Shown piece after piece: positions 58,570-64,000 of a stretch of 64,000 nt of DNA. The translations under genes were made by a program, and so were the position numbers. Source of the DNA: an uncultured Chloroflexia bacterium (GTDB lineage: Bacteria > Chloroflexota > Anaerolineae > B4-G1 > SLSP01); assembly GCA_963751345.1 (NCBI GenBank), contig CAVVUS010000049.1:50220-114219 (forward strand), read 5' to 3'. Numbering within the stretch: the first letter of the stretch is position 1; each line of letters starts with the position of its first letter. The notes beneath the pieces are model-generated. The model was not told where the DNA came from and did no database searches. It saw nothing but the letters and a program-made list of their open reading frames with translations.

Positions 58570-59937
58570 CTAGTTCCGGCTCTGCATGATCGTGGGCAGG
58601 TAGATGCGCATCGTGCGACCGAGTATGCCATAGGTCCCGGTCCACGCCAGGTCGGCCGTGAGGTATCCGGCATCCAGGTGCAGCGTCGTTGTCAGGCCAT
58701 CCGTCGTCCAACCTCCGGCGGTCAGGCGATAGAGCGTGAGGGTGGGGCTAATGACGCCGGTATAGGGTGGATCAAAGGCGAGTGTAAGCTGAACCGGCGA
58801 CGGGAGCGCGCCGTTGCCCCCTGCATTGTCCGCCGTGACATCGAAGAAATGATCGACGCCCTGAAGGCTGCCCTGTAGGTTCACCAGGCTGCTCTGCGAC
58901 AACGTCATGCGGGAGGTGGCACCGAACGCCAACTCGGGTACTGTAATCAACGTCAGGTGCCGGTCGTTGGCGAGCCACAGGAGATCCCCTGCGCTGCCGA
59001 CATTGCGGGCGAAATACGGCGTCGGTGTCACGGGAATGGGTGTCGGGGTCGGCGTCGGTCCTGTGTCAGCTCGGGCGCACCGGAACCCATTATACTCGGG
59101 ATGATAGATGTCAGACTCATCCAAGCGGACCCAGACGTTGGCGTGCGTGACCGTGCCGGTCCAAGGCCCTCCCCGGATGAAATGCTCTCCCGTGGTGTTG
59201 GTCTCGGGGCCGAGCGGGTTGTAGTAGGGCGACGATGGATAGTAGATGCGCTTATAGAGGTCGCGGACCCATTCCTGGGCGTTTCCGACCATGTTGAGCG
59301 CGCCGTAAGGACTGGCGTAATCTGCATAGCTGTCGACGGGTGTGTTATCACCCACGCAAGGGACCAGTCGTTTCTCGCCCTGGCTATTGTAGGTGATGAC
59401 CGTGTAGTTCATGCGGTCGCACGTGGGGGGAGTGAATCCCCATGGGAAAGGACGGTGGTCCGTACCGCGGGCTGCCTTCTCCCATTGAGCTTCAGTCGGC
59501 AGATCCTTGCCAAGCCAGTTGCAGTACGTCTTAGCCCGCTGCCAGTCCATCTGCAGCACCGGATAGTTGTCAAAGAAGGGGTTGCCGTAGTAATCTCCGT
59601 GGACGGCAGAGCTGTTGCTGATCGGCGGCTGGCACGCGCCAGCCGCAACGCACTCCGCGTATTGTGCGTTGGAGACCTCGGTCTTGTCGATGTAGTAGGC
59701 GTCGAGGTATACCGCGTGCAACGGCTGAGCATCGAGGGCGCAGTCCATCTCCCCCACCGTGTCGGCGCTGCAGCCCATCACAAACTCACCCGCCGGGACG
59801 TAGACTTCCTCACTTGGCGCAGCCGCCATAGGCCGTTGGCCGGTCACCGGAGGCGCCTTGAGCGCAGTCCAGAGGACAATCACAACCATCAGTGCAATGA
59901 GTGCCGCCAGCCAACGATAGTGTCTCGCCTCGTTCAT
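58570..59937 (-). CDS. Exported FGE-sulfatase (SUMF1-like) domain protein with C-terminal YLP motif
   Basis: Signal/TM; VPAGEFVMG, IDKTEVSN, LPTEAQWEKAARG, MVGNAQEW, RGG.W, GFRC; ends RIYLPTIMQSRN. Confidence 0.88.
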   Translation of the reverse strand: MNEARHYRWLAALIALMVVIVLWTALKAPPVTGQRPMAAAPSEEVYVPAGEFVMGCSADTVGEMDCALDAQPLHAVYLDAYYIDKTEVSNAQYAECVAAGACQPPISNSSAVHGDYYGNPFFDNYPVLQMDWQRAKTYCNWLGKDLPTEAQWEKAARGTDHRPFPWGFTPPTCDRMNYTVITYNSQGEKRLVPCVGDNTPVDSYADYASPYGALNMVGNAQEWVRDLYKRIYYPSSPYYNPLGPETNTTGEHFIRGGPWTGTVTHANVWVRLDESDIYHPEYNGFRCARADTGPTPTPTPIPVTPTPYFARNVGSAGDLLWLANDRHLTLITVPELAFGATSRMTLSQSSLVNLQGSLQGVDHFFDVTADNAGGNGALPSPVQLTLAFDPPYTGVISPTLTLYRLTAGGWTTDGLTTTLHLDAGYLTADLAWTGTYGILGRTMRIYLPTIMQSRN

Positions 59938-60047
59938 AGGTACGACTTCCTCCTTAGCCGATTTTCTGTGATTATACTCCCGGTCGCGGGGTAATATTCG
60001 GGCCAGGGGGGACCAAGTAGACCCCAGACAGGAGGGGCTGAGCTCGG

Positions 60048-62429
60048 CTAGCGATCCACCGGCGTCAAGTCGACGAAGATGGCGTCCGAGGGATGCTGGG
60101 ATCCTGCCGCGATGTCGACCGTCCACCGCTCCGAGGTGTCCAACCAGTATGCGCCCGTGCGCAGCCAAACTCCGGCCTCCGCACTGCTGCCGGCGGCCAG
60201 GACGTGACGCTGCACGAAGACGTCGCCCGGCCTCAGTTCCAGAGGAGAGACCCCCAGCGCATCGGCGGCTCCCAACATCTCACCCTCGAGTGTGACAATG
60301 TGGGCCATGATGGAGAAGGCGCGCGTGATAGGTGCTGTCACGCGCCAAGTCGTCATGAACTCGATCGGCGTGCCGTCCGGGGTCGCAGGCCGCATCGCCG
60401 CGTCAAGGAAGGTGAGGCCGCCGCTGAGGGGCACGGCTGTGGTGTAGAGATCCGCAAGCGTCAGTGGGGTGGTGTCTGCGGGGGCTGTGGCGCGGGGCAC
60501 CTTTGTCACATCAGGCGGCTCCCCGACGGGCTGATACGCGCTGAAGGGCTGGATGCCCCAGGTGGTGACATCCATCTGCCAGGCAGGTCTCGACGGGTCG
60601 ATGAAACTATCGAGCCAGGTCGACGCCGTGCCCGGTGCGGGGAGAGCGTCGCGATGAAGGATGTATACTCCGTCCCGATTACCTCCGGGATAGAGCCAAG
60701 TCTGGGTGCAGTCGAAAACCGTACGCCGGGCGTCTCGTGGGCCCGCAATCTGGTCCAGGACGTGGCCGGCCAAGGGGGGCACCGGGACCGAGCACTGCGC
60801 AATCCAGCGTCCCAGTGCCACCGGCGGCGCGCTCCGGCCGAGGACTTCGAACGAGGGGAGGCCTGCCGGTCGCGGCACGATGCGGTCCAAGTCTGCGCCC
60901 TGTGCATCGACTGCTCCCTGCGGTACGACATAGAGGCCCGGCATGCCATGCTGCCAGAGCTCGACGCTCTGATCGACAAACATGAACTTTCCCAGCCGTA
61001 CCACGCGGTCCGGCGCGGTTGGGTCGGTCACGGGGAGGTCGTTCTGCAGAACAGCGGGATCGTAGCGGCTGAAGAAAAGCACGTGGATGTAGGGCAGATC
61101 GTTAGTGAAGGGTGTGAAGTAGATGACGTCGTAATCATCGACGTAGGTCTCAATTGTGGAGACGAGCTCATCCATTCCGGCGTGAAACGTGGCGGCTGCC
61201 TCGCGTGGGTACTCGCGGAAGTAGTAGGTGTAGAACCCTGCCATTTCCACGGTCAGGCCCGCAACAAAGGCGATTCCCAGGGCGAGTCTCGCCGGCCGGA
61301 TCTGCCACGTGGCCAGGTGGGCTACACCTAACCCCGCGAGGATCTCCCAGGGCACCACGGCGGGCAGCGTCCGCTGAGGATTGCCGGTCCCGGAGGGCTG
61401 GTGCGTCAGGATTGCCGGAACCAGCGTGATCAGGAGCCAGCCGATCACCCATGCTCTGCCGCTCCGGGATCCGGACTTCCTGCCACCGAGCACGCTCACG
61501 ACGCCTAGCAGGATGAGGGGAGCCTCGGTCAGGGGCAGTTGGCCGCCATATTGCGGATGGAAGAGCAGATCCGGGCTTCCGCTCACGAAAAGGTAGCGGG
61601 GCGTAAGGTTGGCGATCAGATTCGATCCGGCCTCCCTCAGAATCGCACCGGCGCTTTCACCGGACTGCGCAATTGAGATCTGCCGGAAGTGGTCCTGCAT
61701 CTGCTCCGGGTGACGTACCGTCTGGACCATCATAGGTGTGGCGATACAGAGACCGACGAGGCCCGCCAGGGCGACCTCGCGCCTGTGGATCCATAGACGT
61801 CGAAGGTCCACGATCGCCAGGCTGCCGACAATCAGCGGCAGCGTCAGCTTCATCACCGCATAGGTGTAAAGCCCCAGCCCGGCGAAGACGGCAGCCGCGA
61901 GGAGCCAGCCACGCTGGGCGGTGCGACGCCAGCGCGCAAAGCCGATGACGGTTAGTGTCATCAACAGGGCCGCCGAATTGGTCTCGATGGCCATGCGGCT
62001 GAAGTGTACGTGCCAGGGCAGAATCGCGAGAAGTCCCGCCGCGGCGAGTCCCGCCGTGGCTGCCCGGCGGTCGGGAGATCGGCCACGGCAGAGCTCGTAG
62101 GTTGCCCGGAAAGCAGCCGCGACGACGAGGATGCCCAGGTAGGAGGATGCGAGTCGTACGGTGAAGACGTACAACCCGCCCAATCCGACTAACGGGGCCA
62201 TCAGATAGCTAAAAAGCGCGCCTCGATAGTCGTTGAAGGCGCGGAGCGCGATGGGCAGGAACGCCCCGTGATGGTCGCGCCCGGTGTGCCAGAGGCTATA
62301 AGCATCGTACCCGACGACCGCCTCGTCCAGGTAGAGTCCGGGGGGCGACTTGGTCAGGGCGATGGTGCGCAGCAAGCCGGCGATTAGCAGGATCGCTATC
62401 AGGAGCGCGTATCTCTTATGTCTTGCCAT
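60048..62429 (-). CDS. GT39/ArnT-like (PMT) multi-TM glycosyltransferase with extracellular C-terminal domains
   Basis: PPGLYLDEA..GYDA, VRL.S, PWHVHFSR..E, GLYTY; C-terminal W.PGD-like LRPGDVFVQRH...GAY. Confidence 0.82.
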   Translation of the reverse strand: MARHKRYALLIAILLIAGLLRTIALTKSPPGLYLDEAVVGYDAYSLWHTGRDHHGAFLPIALRAFNDYRGALFSYLMAPLVGLGGLYVFTVRLASSYLGILVVAAAFRATYELCRGRSPDRRAATAGLAAAGLLAILPWHVHFSRMAIETNSAALLMTLTVIGFARWRRTAQRGWLLAAAVFAGLGLYTYAVMKLTLPLIVGSLAIVDLRRLWIHRREVALAGLVGLCIATPMMVQTVRHPEQMQDHFRQISIAQSGESAGAILREAGSNLIANLTPRYLFVSGSPDLLFHPQYGGQLPLTEAPLILLGVVSVLGGRKSGSRSGRAWVIGWLLITLVPAILTHQPSGTGNPQRTLPAVVPWEILAGLGVAHLATWQIRPARLALGIAFVAGLTVEMAGFYTYYFREYPREAAATFHAGMDELVSTIETYVDDYDVIYFTPFTNDLPYIHVLFFSRYDPAVLQNDLPVTDPTAPDRVVRLGKFMFVDQSVELWQHGMPGLYVVPQGAVDAQGADLDRIVPRPAGLPSFEVLGRSAPPVALGRWIAQCSVPVPPLAGHVLDQIAGPRDARRTVFDCTQTWLYPGGNRDGVYILHRDALPAPGTASTWLDSFIDPSRPAWQMDVTTWGIQPFSAYQPVGEPPDVTKVPRATAPADTTPLTLADLYTTAVPLSGGLTFLDAAMRPATPDGTPIEFMTTWRVTAPITRAFSIMAHIVTLEGEMLGAADALGVSPLELRPGDVFVQRHVLAAGSSAEAGVWLRTGAYWLDTSERWTVDIAAGSQHPSDAIFVDLTPVDR

Positions 62430-62471
62430 CCATGGCATATTATGACGCAATCCGGCTATAATGGCAGAACC

Positions 62472-63440
62472 ATGGCGAACGTCGCGACGAGGCTGATCTC
62501 CCTGATCTTGCTCCTGCAGTCCAGGTCGCTCTGGAAAGCATCCGAGCTGGCCGAAGAACTGAACGTCTCCGAGCGCACCGTACACCGCTATATGTCGATG
62601 CTTGAGGAGATGGGCATTCCCATCTACTCGGAGCGCGGGCCATATGGCGGGTTCTCGCTGATGCGAGGATACAAGCTGCCACCCCTGATCTTCACTGCCG
62701 AGGAAGCGACCGTCCTCTACATGGGCGCCGGCTTGGTCGAGGAAGTCTGGGGCCGGGTCTATCAGGACGCGGTGACCGGTGTGACGGCCAAGCTGGATAA
62801 CGTGCTGCCGGACGATCTGCGCCAGGAGGTGGCGGATGCCCAGCGCAACCTGGTTGTCAGCGGACTTGCCGCACGCGACTACCGTCCGTGGGCACCGACG
62901 CTCCAGGTACTGCGAGAGAGCATCCTGCGGCGTCACGCCGTGCGCATGACCTATCGAAGCTTTTCGCTGGAGGAAACCAGCCGCGACGTGCATCCCTATG
63001 CGCTGACGTTTCGATGGGGATTCTGGTACCTGGTCGGGTACTGCAAACTGCGTACCGATATGCGCAGTTTCCGCGTCGACCGCATACAGACGGTGCTTCC
63101 CTTGGAGGAGACCTTTGCCATCCCGGAGGGGTTCTCGGCGAGGGAGTACATCGAGGCCTCCATGCGCTTTGAGGATCGATACACCGTCATCGTGCACCTT
63201 GACCGGCAGATCGCTCCCTACGTTCGCGAGCGGATGGGACACTGGACCGAGATCACAGATCACGCAGACGGCTCTGCTACGCTAAAAATGCAGGTCTCGG
63301 ACTTCGACTGGGCCTCCGGATGGATCCTTGGCCACGGCGGAAAGGTGAAGGTCCTGGAGCCGCCTGAGCTGATCGCGCGCGTCAGGAGCGATGCCGCGCA
63401 TGTGTTGGCGGAACATACACCCGAAACTTCCGGAGGTTAG
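62472..63440 (+). CDS. YafY-type HTH-WYL-WCX transcriptional regulator
   Basis: ASELAEELNVSERTVHR, G..GGF.L, LPPLIFT.EEA, R.VHPY.L, WYLVG, R.FRVDRI, VLEPPEL. Confidence 0.93.
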   Translation: MANVATRLISLILLLQSRSLWKASELAEELNVSERTVHRYMSMLEEMGIPIYSERGPYGGFSLMRGYKLPPLIFTAEEATVLYMGAGLVEEVWGRVYQDAVTGVTAKLDNVLPDDLRQEVADAQRNLVVSGLAARDYRPWAPTLQVLRESILRRHAVRMTYRSFSLEETSRDVHPYALTFRWGFWYLVGYCKLRTDMRSFRVDRIQTVLPLEETFAIPEGFSAREYIEASMRFEDRYTVIVHLDRQIAPYVRERMGHWTEITDHADGSATLKMQVSDFDWASGWILGHGGKVKVLEPPELIARVRSDAAHVLAEHTPETSGG

Positions 63441-63524
63441 CATCGATCTGTGTGGTGCCGGCGCCCTTGTCTGCGTGAGCTTCTGCCAGAGCAGACACCT
63501 CAGTAACCTTCGCACGATTTCCCG

Positions 63525-64000
63525 CTAGCGTTTGCTCTCGAAGAGCGCCAGACGGAACTCGTCTCGGCGGTGATCGTTCAGGCTGCTCAGCCAGGGCTCT
63601 TCGGCCAGGTGTGGGGTGATCGGACCGTAGCCACAGACGCGAATGGGGCGTTCGCGGGCCTGCTGCCTAAGCCGGGCCAGCACGTCGACCAGGATGCTGC
63701 CTGTAAACGGCGTGAAGAGATAGAAGACGGTGCCCTCCGTATAGTCAGCGTCGCGAGCGTCTGCGTTAGCGAACGTCGCGTTCTCCATATCCAGATCCCG
63801 CGCGATGGCGCTCGCGTAGGCGCAGAGGCCGGGATCGACCTCAATGCCCATAGCCCGGACCCCTGTCAGGAGGCTCATCAGGTGCACGACCTGGCCCAGA
63901 CCTGAGCCCACATCACAGAAGGCGTCAGCCGGACGCAGCGAAAGCGCATCGACCAGCTCGAGCACGACGCTGGCCGGGGTGGGTTGGTAGGCGACCATCT
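63525..64000 (-). CDS. Class I SAM-dependent methyltransferase (DOT1-like); 5' end outside the window
   Basis: YQPTP, FCDVGSGLG, GIEVD, NADA, FYLFTPF. Confidence 0.8.
   Translation of the reverse strand, partial: MVAYQPTPASVVLELVDALSLRPADAFCDVGSGLGQVVHLMSLLTGVRAMGIEVDPGLCAYASAIARDLDMENATFANADARDADYTEGTVFYLFTPFTGSILVDVLARLRQQARERPIRVCGYGPITPHLAEEPWLSSLNDHRRDEFRLALFESKR

Noticed and set aside
62430-63263. N-terminal extension making the GT-C ORF 1071 aa (likewise 33162-33572 and 32757-33302)
   Set aside because: The extensions overlap real genes on the opposite strand; family homology starts at the later start codons

Overview
GC-rich bacterial chromosomal segment, most likely Chloroflexota (Anaerolineae-like). 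This is inferred from gene content and style: FHA/zinc-ribbon proteins, paired LCP proteins, many GT-C membrane glycosyltransferases and a C-terminal YLP motif. About 18 single-base frameshifts, including one in rnj, point to uncorrected long-read errors rather than pseudogenes. Left to right: (1) 1-10.2 kb, a co-oriented Ser/Thr-phosphosignalling cluster with a membrane subtilase bearing cytoplasmic zinc ribbons, three FHA proteins, a zinc-ribbon/pseudokinase/PP2C fusion, a vWA-TM-FHA receptor and a metallophosphoesterase; (2) 10.2-17.8 kb, a minus-strand sugar locus with a GH43-GH3 fusion, a glycyl-radical enzyme with an atypical GCNW Cys loop, its activase and a polyol dehydrogenase; (3) 18-24.8 kb, two pirins, a flavoprotein and a GT2-DedA fusion / CCG Fe-S protein / FAD oxidoreductase unit ending at tRNA-Glu; (4) 25-64 kb, mostly core genes (rnj, envelope genes, ROK kinase, VanW, dnaN, LonC-like protease, nfo, thioredoxin system, B12 radical SAM, PPK2, aminotransferase, WYL regulator), plus two apparent pseudoenzymes. 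No CRISPR array, rRNA, integrase or transposase was seen. All family calls come from motif recognition by eye; no database search was run.
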